From an uncultured candidate division Zixibacteria bacterium (GTDB taxonomy: Bacteria > Zixibacteria > MSB-5A5 > UBA10806): 64,000 nt of DNA. The notes beneath the pieces are model-generated. The model ran no database searches, was not told where the DNA came from, and worked only from the letters and a program-made list of their open reading frames with translations. Shown here one piece after another: positions 1 to 8,758 of the stretch. The translations under genes and the position numbers were made by a program. Numbering within the stretch: the stretch's first letter is position 1; the number at the start of each line of letters is the position of its first letter. The stretch spans positions 192,001 through 256,000 of the forward strand of contig CAWFQL010000011.1 in the NCBI GenBank assembly GCA_963817915.1, given 5' to 3'.

Positions 1-93
1 ATTTATTCGCGACTACTTTCGGATTTGCTCAGCGGGATTATTTCGAAATCCCTGAAACCAAAACCGAACCCCCAAAAGTGAGTTTTACATAGC

Positions 94-972
94 GTGACTT
101 CGATTGGGCAAAGACTTGACAGCCCGGAAGCCTCGACTAAGCTATCATTAGCCGCAAACGTTTTATTACTGATTCTTAAGACTGCCGGTGGATTCTGGGG
201 CGGTAGCCGGGCATTAATCGCGGATAGTATTAATTCGCTGCTTGATCTTGTCGCTAATTCGGCTGTCTGGATTGGCATCAGGCTGGCCAAAAAGCCTGCA
301 GACTCAGACCATCAATATGGCCACGGAAATGCGGATGTTATCGCGGCGTCATTTGTGGCGATAATAATTTTCGTAACAGGCATTTTTATCACTTATGATT
401 CTATCGCGATCATAGTAAAGCAGGAATTCAAGATTCCGGCATTTTACGCGACTCTAATTGCGCTCTTTACGATTATCCTCAAGCAGATATTATATATATA
501 TACAAAAAAGGTCGGCGCTAAATTCAAAAGCCCTGCTGTCCTCGCCAACGCCCAGGATCATAAATCCGACGTCTATGCCTCATCGGGCGCGCTGGTTGGC
601 ATTATATTTTCACAATTGGGTTATCCGATATTGGATCCGATCGGCGGACTTTGGGTTTCCTTTTTTATTTTAAGAAATTCCATAAATTTGATAAAAGATA
701 ATGTTCACACCTTAATGAGCGGAGCTCCCAAAAAGGCGTTCGAGGATAAGGTAAAACAAACAATAAATGAGGTAAAAGAAGTCGAGGGAATAGTGGCCAC
801 CAGGATTCGCACTCTCGGCATGCGACATTATGTCGATATCGATATTTTTGTCGATGGCAATCTAAGTGTAAAACAAGGGCATTGTATCGCCCATCAGGTC
901 AGAGATTTATTGCTGGCCAGATTTGATGATATAATAGAAGTCATGGTTCATGTAGAACCGTCGCCGGAGTGA
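94..972 (+). CDS. Cation diffusion facilitator (FieF/YiiP-like) metal efflux transporter
   Basis: Hydrophobic TM segments, SRALIADSINSLLD, DSDHQYGHG, DHKSDV, C-terminal dimerisation domain ending VHVEP. Confidence 0.9.
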   Translation: MTSIGQRLDSPEASTKLSLAANVLLLILKTAGGFWGGSRALIADSINSLLDLVANSAVWIGIRLAKKPADSDHQYGHGNADVIAASFVAIIIFVTGIFITYDSIAIIVKQEFKIPAFYATLIALFTIILKQILYIYTKKVGAKFKSPAVLANAQDHKSDVYASSGALVGIIFSQLGYPILDPIGGLWVSFFILRNSINLIKDNVHTLMSGAPKKAFEDKVKQTINEVKEVEGIVATRIRTLGMRHYVDIDIFVDGNLSVKQGHCIAHQVRDLLLARFDDIIEVMVHVEPSPE

Positions 973-976
973 TTAT

Positions 977-2206
977 ATGAACATTACATTTTTTGAAGAT
1001 TTCTCATTTGGCAATTTTTATCCGATTTCACTTTCTCACCCTATTTATATGCTCTGGAGCGGCACGTCGAGACTATACGAAAAATGGCTGAGGAGTTTAT
1101 AAGCCTTCGCAATATTCATTTTTTTGCAGGCCTTATTTATCGCTGGCTTGGCCAATGAAACCGCGAAGAATGTCAATATCGTTCCTGAAAATGATGTCGT
1201 CTTTATCAATAGCAGATTCCTGCCGTCCAAGGCTCTAACTGCCGCCATCAAAAATCTTGGATCTGGTCAGGCGTTACTTTGCGAAGATATCCTGATTGCG
1301 TTCAGGGTTGGCAAAAATAGGACTTCGGCACAACTTGAGATTATCGAGAATCTTCTTGAACGGGACAGCATCGACAGAATAAAAGGCTCATTTAATATAA
1401 AAGAATTAAAGCTCGAACCGATCAATTACCTCTGGGATCTCGTAAGTCAAAACAGCGATATAATTACGAGAGAATTCAGCTATTTCAAAAAGCGGAGAAT
1501 GGGTAAAATCGACAATCAATCGTCGCTAATGAATAAATCCAAAATATACATCTCACCCAAGGCGACTATATTCCCGCATGTTGTTATTGACGCCACCGAG
1601 GGCCCCGTCATAATCGATGAGAATGCTACAGTCGAATCTATGACCTACATCAAGGGGCCGACCTATATAGGGCGCAATTCCAGGATTGTCGGTGGAAGAA
1701 TTCGTGAGGGATGCTCCATTGGCCCTGTTTGCCGCGTGGGAGGAGAGGTTGAGGATTCTATTATTCTCGGCTATTCCAATAAATACCATGAAGGATTTCT
1801 TGGTCATGCCTATCTTGGCGAATGGGTCAATCTCGGCGCGATGACTACCAATTCCGATCTCAAAAACAATTATGCTAATATCAATGTTTCAGTAGGGGAA
1901 AGGGTAGTCGACAGCAAGCAAATGAAGATCGGCTGTTTTATTGGAGACCATACAAAAACTGGCATTGGCACATTGCTAAATACCGGCATTTCGATTGGAT
2001 TTTCTTGCAATCTTTATGGGGGGAGCCTCTTCCAGGAGAAGCTGATAAAATCGTTCTCGTGGGGAACCCCCGATGATCTGGTCGAGTATCGTATAAACAA
2101 GGCGATTGAAACAGCTTCCCGGACCATGGCGCGGCGAGATATTCAGTTTTCGACCGTGCAAGAGAAGCTTTTTCAATACATTCAAAAGCTCGATGGAATG
2201 GTTTAG
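977..2206 (+). CDS. GlmU-like putative sugar nucleotidyltransferase with hexapeptide beta-helix (interrupted near 1100-1135)
   Basis: ATG 977 gives MNITFFEDFSFGNFYPISLSHPIY...EKWL; in-frame TAA at 1100-1102. KPSQYSFFCRPY reads in another frame, then the original frame resumes (ORF 1124-2206: GGEVEDS, HEGFLGHAYLGEWVNLGA, SDLKNNY). Consistent with two compensating indels. Confidence 0.75.
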
Positions 2207-2368
2207 TTCTTGCGATGGAATTACTTTTCGTTTGACAATGCTTAATTAAGAGATTTATTCATTCGGTGATGATAAAGGGTCAAGTGCAGTCTACAGCGGA
2301 CGATAACCTGTATAAGATGATTTTAATATTTGGGATTTAAGTTATGCATATAGCTAATTGGAGGGCAA

Positions 2369-3364
2369 ATGCCTGAGCTTCGTAAAGATCCTATTGTCGG
2401 CCGATGGGTCATTATTTCTACTGAACGGGGTAAACGGCCATCGGATTTCCCCACTGAATCTCATAAAAGAAACTCCAAATTATGCCCGTTTTGCCCAACC
2501 AATGAATCCGCGACACCACCAGAAATTTACGCGATTCGCGAAAATGGTTCCAGCTCCAATTCACCCGGATGGAAGTTGCGAGTAATTCCCAATAAATATC
2601 CGGCACTCAGAATTGAAGGCGACCTGAATAGAGTCGGCGAAGGCATTTTCGATAAAATGAACGGTATCGGTGCTCACGAGGTAATAATCGAGACCCCGGA
2701 TCATCTGCTTGATCTCGCCGATCTTGAAAATAAGGATATCGAAAATGTCATCTGGGCCTATAGAGGACGAATAATTGATTTAAAAAATGACCATAGATTT
2801 CGCTATATGATGATATTTAAGAACCAGGGCGAGGCGGCCGGGGCATCGTTGGAGCATTCGCACAGCCAATTGATCGCCACTCCCATAGTCCCGAAAAATA
2901 TTGTCGAGGAGATGGCCGGTGTTCAAAAATACTATGAATACAAAGAACGTTGTATTTTCTGCGATATCATTCGTCAGGAGATCAGGGAAGAGGCGCGCGT
3001 TATAAGCCAAAACGATGATTATATTTCTATGGAACCATTTGCGGCCAGATTCCCATTTGAAACCTGGATTTTACCCAAAAAGCATGATGCTTCATTCGAA
3101 AATATTCAAAAAGAGAGCGTTATCGCGTTTGCGGCAATTTTAAAGGACACACTTTTGAAATTATCGCGAGCCCTTAATAATCCGTCATATAATTATGTTA
3201 TTCATACCGCGCCCGCTGAAGTCGGCAACCCCATGGAATTCCACTGGCATCTAGAGATTATGCCCAAACTGACTAAGGTAGCAGGGTTTGAATGGGGTAC
3301 TGGATTTTTCATTAATCCAACATCGCCCGAAGATGCCGCACGCTTTTTAAAAGAGATAAAATAA
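2369..3364 (+). CDS. galT: GalT-family nucleotidyltransferase (galactose-1-P uridylyltransferase-like)
   Basis: MPELRKDP, CPFCP, NKYPAL, GASLEHSHSQ active-site motif, AGFEWGTG; SD GGAGG upstream. Confidence 0.85.
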   Translation: MPELRKDPIVGRWVIISTERGKRPSDFPTESHKRNSKLCPFCPTNESATPPEIYAIRENGSSSNSPGWKLRVIPNKYPALRIEGDLNRVGEGIFDKMNGIGAHEVIIETPDHLLDLADLENKDIENVIWAYRGRIIDLKNDHRFRYMMIFKNQGEAAGASLEHSHSQLIATPIVPKNIVEEMAGVQKYYEYKERCIFCDIIRQEIREEARVISQNDDYISMEPFAARFPFETWILPKKHDASFENIQKESVIAFAAILKDTLLKLSRALNNPSYNYVIHTAPAEVGNPMEFHWHLEIMPKLTKVAGFEWGTGFFINPTSPEDAARFLKEIK

Positions 3365-3417
3365 TATTCCCCGGATTATTCCATTCGTAATAGATTTTCC
3401 ATAATTGGAGGCATTTC

Positions 3418-4905
3418 ATGCAATCATTGAAAATATTAATTGTATCCCCCGAAGCTGTTCCCTATGCCAAAACTGGTGGGCTCGCCGATGTTGCCGGAGC
3501 TCTGCCCAAGGCGATTTCCGCATCCGGGCACGAAGTAAAGCTGGTACTTCCATTGTATAAACATGTAGATCGCGCAAAATTCGGTCTGGTGGAAATCGCA
3601 TCGAATATTTCGATGGAATTTGCCGGGAGAGATGAAAAATTCAGCCTCTATAAATGCGAGGCGGCAGGCGATGGATTCGAAGTTTGGTTCATTCAAAATG
3701 ATAATTTTTACAATCGTCCAGAGCTCTACCGCGACCCGGCGACCGGCAATGACTGGGCTGATAATGATGAACGATTCGCGTTCTTTGCTCGGGCAGTATT
3801 GGAATCCTGCAAGAATACAGGCTTTATTCCCGATGTAATCCATTGCAACGACTGGCAAAGCGGCCTGATTCCAGCATTTTTGAAAGTTGATCCGCGCTAT
3901 AGCCAATTTCAAAAAATCGCGACCATATTTTCGATTCACAATATCGCCTATCAGGGGAATTTCCCTCCTGAATGTTTTGCTAAATTAGGGCTGGATAAAT
4001 CGCTATTCGCTGCGGCAGGCGGCTTTGAATTTTGGAATAAACTGAGCTATTTGAAGGCCGGGGTTTGGTATACCGACATTATCAATACGGTCTCCAAACG
4101 ATACGCTGAAGAAATCCAATCGACAAATGAATATGGTTATGGTTTCGAAGGAATCTTAAAAGATCGCACCAAAGATTTATTCGGCGTTCTCAACGGTATC
4201 GATTATGATATCTGGAATCCTGCCACTGATGAATTGCTTCCGGCCAATTACACTCCTGAAAAACTCGCCGGAAAATCCAAATGCAAACGAGCCCTTCGCC
4301 AGATGGTCAAACTGCCATTGGTGAGAACCGATGTTCCGATTATTGGGATTATTTCCCGTTTAGCGGACCAAAAAGGATTCGACCTGATTGCTGAAGTCGC
4401 CGACAGCCTATTGGCTTTGGAATTGCAGGTAGTGGTTTTGGGTACCGGAGATCAGAAATATCACGAACTATTCGCGGCATTGCAGAAAAAATATCCCAAA
4501 AAGTTAGCGTTATCGCTCGAATTTAACAACCAACTGGCCCATCTAATTGAGGCGGGAAGTGATATGTTTCTGATGCCATCACGCTATGAGCCCTGCGGTT
4601 TAAATCAGATGTACAGCCTCAAATACGGCACTATACCGATTGTCCGCGAGACCGGTGGCCTTGCCGATACTATCCAAAACGCTAATCCCTCCAGAGGCAC
4701 CGGAAATGGTTTCGTTTTCAAAAGCTATAATTCTAAAGAGATGCTGAATACGATCAAATTTGCCTTGGAAGTCTATCGCGATAAAAATGTCTGGGAAGTC
4801 CTGATGCTCAAGGGCATGCGCCAGGATTTCTCCTGGAACGCCTCCGCCCAGCAGTATATAGAGCTTTATAATAAGGCCATCGAAAAGAAATCCTCCTGGA
4901 CTTGA
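3418..4905 (+). CDS. glgA: Glycogen synthase (GT5)
   Basis: KTGGLADV ADP-glucose motif, HCNDWQ, SRLADQKG, PSRYEPCGLNQ. Confidence 0.95.
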   Translation: MQSLKILIVSPEAVPYAKTGGLADVAGALPKAISASGHEVKLVLPLYKHVDRAKFGLVEIASNISMEFAGRDEKFSLYKCEAAGDGFEVWFIQNDNFYNRPELYRDPATGNDWADNDERFAFFARAVLESCKNTGFIPDVIHCNDWQSGLIPAFLKVDPRYSQFQKIATIFSIHNIAYQGNFPPECFAKLGLDKSLFAAAGGFEFWNKLSYLKAGVWYTDIINTVSKRYAEEIQSTNEYGYGFEGILKDRTKDLFGVLNGIDYDIWNPATDELLPANYTPEKLAGKSKCKRALRQMVKLPLVRTDVPIIGIISRLADQKGFDLIAEVADSLLALELQVVVLGTGDQKYHELFAALQKKYPKKLALSLEFNNQLAHLIEAGSDMFLMPSRYEPCGLNQMYSLKYGTIPIVRETGGLADTIQNANPSRGTGNGFVFKSYNSKEMLNTIKFALEVYRDKNVWEVLMLKGMRQDFSWNASAQQYIELYNKAIEKKSSWT

Positions 4906-4994
4906 TTCCTGCGAGTCATGGCTTGCCATGACCGCAATCCACTTGTCATTCCGCACCCGCCACGGCGGGCCTGAAGCAGCTTGATGCGGAATCC
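4904..4994. repeat. GTCAT-type palindromic repeats, one with a nested palindrome
   Basis: GTCATGG-CTTG-CCATGAC; ATTCCGCA(4948-4955)...TGCGGAAT(4985-4992) enclosing CCCGCC-AC-GGCGGG (4956-4969). Confidence 0.6.
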
Positions 4995-5022
4995 ATCCTG
5001 TTCGCCAAAATCACGAATCTCC

Positions 5023-5053
5023 TGTAGGGGCGGGTTTGAAACCCGCCCCTACA
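5023..5053. repeat. GTAG-family REP palindrome
   Basis: TGTAGGGGCGGGTTT-G-AAACCCGCCCCTACA, perfect 15-bp arms. Confidence 0.8.
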
Positions 5054-5115
5054 ATATATCAATCTTCGTATGGGACTGATTTATCAAACCCATTAATAAT
5101 TATTGCAAAATCCCC

Positions 5116-5179
5116 TGTAGGGGCCGACCTGCGCGTCGGCCCGAACATGTGGCGTGCGCACCCGTGTGTGCACTCCTAC
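5116..5179. repeat. REPIN/BIME-like pair of inverted GTAG REPs
   Basis: GTAGGGGCCGACCTGCGCGTCGGCCC followed by a degenerate inverted unit ending TGCACTCCTAC. Confidence 0.65.
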
Positions 5180-5295
5180 TTTGGCAATTTCTCGCGTCGT
5201 CAGGAACCCTTTCCTCACAACGGCAGGTACCAAATGGGTGTCATGGGTCATTTCCCCTGGAGAATGACGCCAGATTTTCTTTCTCATAAAAATTC

Positions 5296-5323
5296 TTGAC
5301 AAATCCTCTTTTTCGGATAATTT
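5296..5323 (+). promoter_or_regulatory. sigma70-type promoter for tRNA-Gly
   Basis: TTGACA-N16-TAATTT. Confidence 0.55.
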
Positions 5324-5357
5324 ACGTATCTGTCGCCGCCGGATGGCGGCATCCAAT

Positions 5358-5430
5358 GCGGGAGTAGCTCAGCTGGTAGAGCACCACCTTGCCAAGGTGG
5401 CTGTCGCGAGTTCGATCCTCGTCTCCCGCT
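5358..5430 (+). tRNA. tRNA-Gly(GCC)
   Basis: GCGGGAG acceptor stem, D-arm AGCTCAGCTGGTAGAGC, anticodon loop TTGCCAA, GTTCGATCC; CCA not encoded. Confidence 0.97.
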
Positions 5431-5481
5431 TATTTTTTTGCCCGCAATTTATATCGGAACAGTCACCGCGCCTGTTTTCGC

Positions 5482-5510
5482 TTGACACTTTTATGCCTCG
5501 TCTCTATTTT
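5482..5510 (+). promoter_or_regulatory. sigma70-type promoter for tRNA-Cys/Leu
   Basis: TTGACA-N17-TATTTT. Confidence 0.55.
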
Positions 5511-5529
5511 GCCGATGAAGTCTTATGAT

Positions 5530-5601
<72 letters not shown>

Positions 5602-5608
5602 TTGTCAT

Positions 5609-5694
5609 GCCGGAATGGCGGAACAGGTAGACGCAAGGGACTTAAAATCCCTCGGGCCTTACGGTCCGTGTCGGTTCAATTCCGACTTCCGGCA
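5609..5694 (+). tRNA. tRNA-Leu(TAA)
   Basis: GCCGGAA...TTCCGGC stem, anticodon loop CTTAAAA, long variable arm; Gly-Cys-Leu order as in glyW-cysT-leuZ. Confidence 0.95.
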
Positions 5695-5720
5695 TTAATC
5701 ATATCTCCCTGAAAATTATT

Positions 5721-5751
5721 ATCTTAGGCTCCCCCAGCCTGAGATTTTTTT
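5721..5751 (+). terminator. Intrinsic terminator after tRNA cluster
   Basis: ATCTTAGGCT-CCCCC-AGCCTGAGAT followed by a T run. Confidence 0.7.
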
Positions 5752-5772
5752 ATTGATAATTCCATACCAAAA

Positions 5773-5799
5773 TCAAGCCTATATCTATTAAGCCGATAT
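5773..5799 (+). promoter_or_regulatory. sigma28 (FliA) promoter of partner-switch operon
   Basis: TCAA-N15-GCCGATAT ending 10 bp before ATG 5810. Confidence 0.65.
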
Positions 5800-5809
5800 T
5801 AGATATGGT

Positions 5810-7141
5810 ATGGTGGAAAATATAATTTCAATCGATCCCGCCATCATCAAAGATTCGCCGGAAAAAGTTATCGCGATTCTCGATGAAAAATTGCAGGATC
5901 AAATCAATAAATTCAACGATCTCTCTCGGATCGGCACGGTCATCACCTCTGTTATGGAGCTCGACCGAATCCTTCCGGTAGTCATGGAATCAGCGTTGGC
6001 CATGATAAAAGGTGAGGTCGGCGAGATCGTTCTTTTTTCGCCCGATGGCACCAATAACACCTCGGTATGCTGGGGGATTTCGAAAAAAGTCACAAGCGTT
6101 CTGATGAATAAAAATGGCCAGAATATTTGGGACTACATAAAGGAATCCGGCGGCAATATAAAAATCGATGACCTATCCAGCGACCCCGAGTGGAGCATGA
6201 CCAAAAAAGGGGCTAATATCTCGTCGCTTGTTGCTGTCCCTTTGAGCAGTCAGAATCGAGTAATTGGCGCCGCGGTAATTGCGAATAAAATCGATGAACC
6301 GTTCTTCACCGATGATGATGTCTTCTCGCTCGAAATTCTGGGAAGATTCGCCGCGGTCGCTGTGATCAATAGCGAGCTTCACGCCGAGGCTCTTGAAAAG
6401 CAAAAGCTTGAGGCCAATCTAAATATGGCCCATCAGATTCAGAATACATTGATGCCTGAAAAAATAATCGATTTCGGCAATCTTAAGATTTATGCCCAAA
6501 ATACGATGGCCATGCAGGTCGGCGGCGATTTTTACGACGTTATTCAAGTCTCGCCAAACAAATACGTCATCGCCATCGCCGATGTCTGCAATAAGGGCTT
6601 TTCCGCCGCCTTGATGATGACCGCTACTCGAAGCCTGGTGCGGGCCTATGTCAATGAACCTATTGACCTTAGCGCTCTCGCCCGCAATGTCAATCTTCAA
6701 TTGAGCAAGGATGCCGCTCGTCTGGAAGGAATGTTTGTCACATCAATGCTGGTTTACGTGGATTTCGATGAGAATATTATAAAATCGGTCAATGCCGGTC
6801 ATCCACCTGGCTTTATTTGGTCTCCCGGAGGCGAAATCGAAAAAATGAAGACCGGAGGCCCGTTTCTGGGCCAATTTGAGGAATTCCAGTACAAAGAAGA
6901 GTCATTTCCGTTAACTCCTGGAACACGATTTTTTCTTTACACAGATGGTGTCTTCGAATGTGTCGATAAAAATGGTAAGATGTTTGGAATTTCAGGGGTC
7001 GAAAATTTTTTAAGGATAAATGAAGATGCCGAACCGGAGATTCTCATGACCAGTATGCTTGAAATACTCAAACAATATACAAGCGATCCGGAACGTTTGG
7101 ATGACACTACTTTTGTATTAGCTCACGTGAGGAATCTATGA
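5810..7141 (+). CDS. GAF + PP2C (SpoIIE/RsbU-like) serine phosphatase
   Basis: GAF region (LVAVPL..VIGAAVIANK..FT.DD), VGGDFYD, IADVCNKG, NAGHPP, YTDGVFE, DDTT. Confidence 0.9.
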   Translation: MVENIISIDPAIIKDSPEKVIAILDEKLQDQINKFNDLSRIGTVITSVMELDRILPVVMESALAMIKGEVGEIVLFSPDGTNNTSVCWGISKKVTSVLMNKNGQNIWDYIKESGGNIKIDDLSSDPEWSMTKKGANISSLVAVPLSSQNRVIGAAVIANKIDEPFFTDDDVFSLEILGRFAAVAVINSELHAEALEKQKLEANLNMAHQIQNTLMPEKIIDFGNLKIYAQNTMAMQVGGDFYDVIQVSPNKYVIAIADVCNKGFSAALMMTATRSLVRAYVNEPIDLSALARNVNLQLSKDAARLEGMFVTSMLVYVDFDENIIKSVNAGHPPGFIWSPGGEIEKMKTGGPFLGQFEEFQYKEESFPLTPGTRFFLYTDGVFECVDKNGKMFGISGVENFLRINEDAEPEILMTSMLEILKQYTSDPERLDDTTFVLAHVRNL

Positions 7142-7587
7142 GTAAATATTTTTTCTCATTCCCAAGTAATATGACAACGCTCAAAATTTCCGATTTTGTT
7201 TTTGAGGCTCTCATCGATACTATCGATACCGATGAAATGGAAAAGCACCGGCTAAAAGTCGTGGTCTCGGAGTTATTCGTCAACGCTTTCAAGCATGGAA
7301 ATAATTCCGATCCGTCAAAATATATCGATGTCATCTTCGATATCGACAAGCGCAATTTTGAAGTCGTCGTGAAGGATCAGGGAAGCGGGCTGGCTCGAGA
7401 GACATTCAGAGCGTTTGTTGATTCCTGGGCTGATCCCGAAGAAGAGCATGGCCGCGGTATAAAAATTGTCTGCAAGCTCAGCGATAATGTCAATATTTTC
7501 AAAGATTCCGATGGAAAATTCTGTGTCAGGGCTGTCAAAAATATAAAAGATAAAGTCAATAATTTTAGTCTGGTAATAAATAAATAG
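7138..7587 (+). CDS. RsbW/SpoIIAB-like anti-sigma factor serine kinase
   Basis: SELFVNAFKHGN, DQGSG, HGRGI. Confidence 0.88.
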   Translation: MSKYFFSFPSNMTTLKISDFVFEALIDTIDTDEMEKHRLKVVVSELFVNAFKHGNNSDPSKYIDVIFDIDKRNFEVVVKDQGSGLARETFRAFVDSWADPEEEHGRGIKIVCKLSDNVNIFKDSDGKFCVRAVKNIKDKVNNFSLVINK

Positions 7588-7605
7588 ATAAAATCGGAGG
7601 GTAAT

Positions 7606-7938
7606 ATGAATATTTCCACGAAAGTCGATGGCGACGTTGCGATTCTTGATCTGGCGGGTAGATTGGATCTGTCCAGCGCCTCGGATCTTAAAGACGCCTC
7701 GAAAACATATATAGGAAAACCAAACTGCAAATTGATATTCAATATGGAAAAAGTGGATTTTATCAATAGCTCCGGTCTTGGCGCCCTCGTATCTATTCTC
7801 AAGGATGTCAGAACATCCAAGGGGAAAATGAAATTGACAAATCTCGCTCCTTACGTCAAAGAGATTTTCGATATCACTCAGCTTTCGAATATATTCGATA
7901 TTTGCCAGACTGTGGACCAGGCAAAGAAAACCTATTAG
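7606..7938 (+). CDS. STAS-domain anti-anti-sigma factor (RsbV/SpoIIAA-like)
   Basis: GRLD, DFINSSGLGAL with phosphoacceptor Ser; SD GGAGG. Confidence 0.92.
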   Translation: MNISTKVDGDVAILDLAGRLDLSSASDLKDASKTYIGKPNCKLIFNMEKVDFINSSGLGALVSILKDVRTSKGKMKLTNLAPYVKEIFDITQLSNIFDICQTVDQAKKTY

Positions 7939-8071
7939 GTCTATTTAACCGTTTGCTGACAATCAATCCTGATAATGAAATTATCGGCCGATGCCGATAA
8001 TAATAATGTCGGCAGTCACGTTATTGAATCTTCTTCATTGAACTTCTCGACATGCTTAGAGGATGGATTAA

Positions 8072-8677
8072 TTGGAAAGAGATATCGAATTAAAAAATAA
8101 TCCGGCAATATCCGAGGGCATTCCCAGAAAAACTGATCTCGCTTCGATAATGATTGTCGATGACGAAAGTTTCGTTCTTGAGCTTTTGACCGAATTTCTG
8201 CGCGATGAGGGATACAAGGTGTTTTCCGCGACATCCGGCGAAGAAGCGATCACCCATATGCGTTCTGTCCAAGTCGATATCATTTTGATCGATTTCAAGA
8301 TGAGCGGAATGGATGGCCTGCAGACCGTAGAGCAGATAACCGAAATAGATCCCGACGCCGTGGCCATTCTAATGACCGGCTTTCCAACACTCGATACATC
8401 AATCAAAGCTATCAAAACAGGCATTTCGGACTATATTTTAAAGCCCTTCAAGCTCGATGAGGTCAGCTTCTCGGTGAAAAAAGCTATCAAAGAACACGAA
8501 TTGCGAATCGAGATGAAAAATCTCAAACGACGAGTTTCGGAGCTCGAAAAGAATATCAGCGAAAAGAAGGAATCAATAAAGATAAATCACAATATCGGAG
8601 TAATCACCACTCTCGAAGGATATTCCACGAAAATCATGGGCCATGATGAATCTTCCGCCGATGACTCGAAGAAGTAA
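8072..8677 (+). CDS. Response regulator receiver with coiled-coil tail
   Basis: IVDDE, IDFKMSGMDG, MTG, KPF. Confidence 0.85.
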   Translation: MERDIELKNNPAISEGIPRKTDLASIMIVDDESFVLELLTEFLRDEGYKVFSATSGEEAITHMRSVQVDIILIDFKMSGMDGLQTVEQITEIDPDAVAILMTGFPTLDTSIKAIKTGISDYILKPFKLDEVSFSVKKAIKEHELRIEMKNLKRRVSELEKNISEKKESIKINHNIGVITTLEGYSTKIMGHDESSADDSKK

Positions 8678-8758
8678 GCAACGCGCATATAGACCTACAT
8701 GACCATTTAATTCAAATGATATTTCTTTGGTTGTAATTGAAATCTTGATAGATTTAGG

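Noticed and set aside
1100..1102. Stop-codon readthrough or recoding of the in-frame TAA
   Set aside because: The family-like sequence (KPSQYSFFCRPY) lies in another frame, and TAA is the normal stop in many genes here
4904..5268. CRISPR array
   Set aside because: Units are heterogeneous palindromes, not identical repeats with regular spacers; no cas genes
5036..5528. ORFs 5036-5299, 5093-5356 and 5343-5528
   Set aside because: They overlap REP palindromes and tRNA-Gly; spurious
5694..5810. Integrase or prophage at tRNA-Leu
   Set aside because: No integrase, phage gene or duplicated tRNA 3' end found in the window
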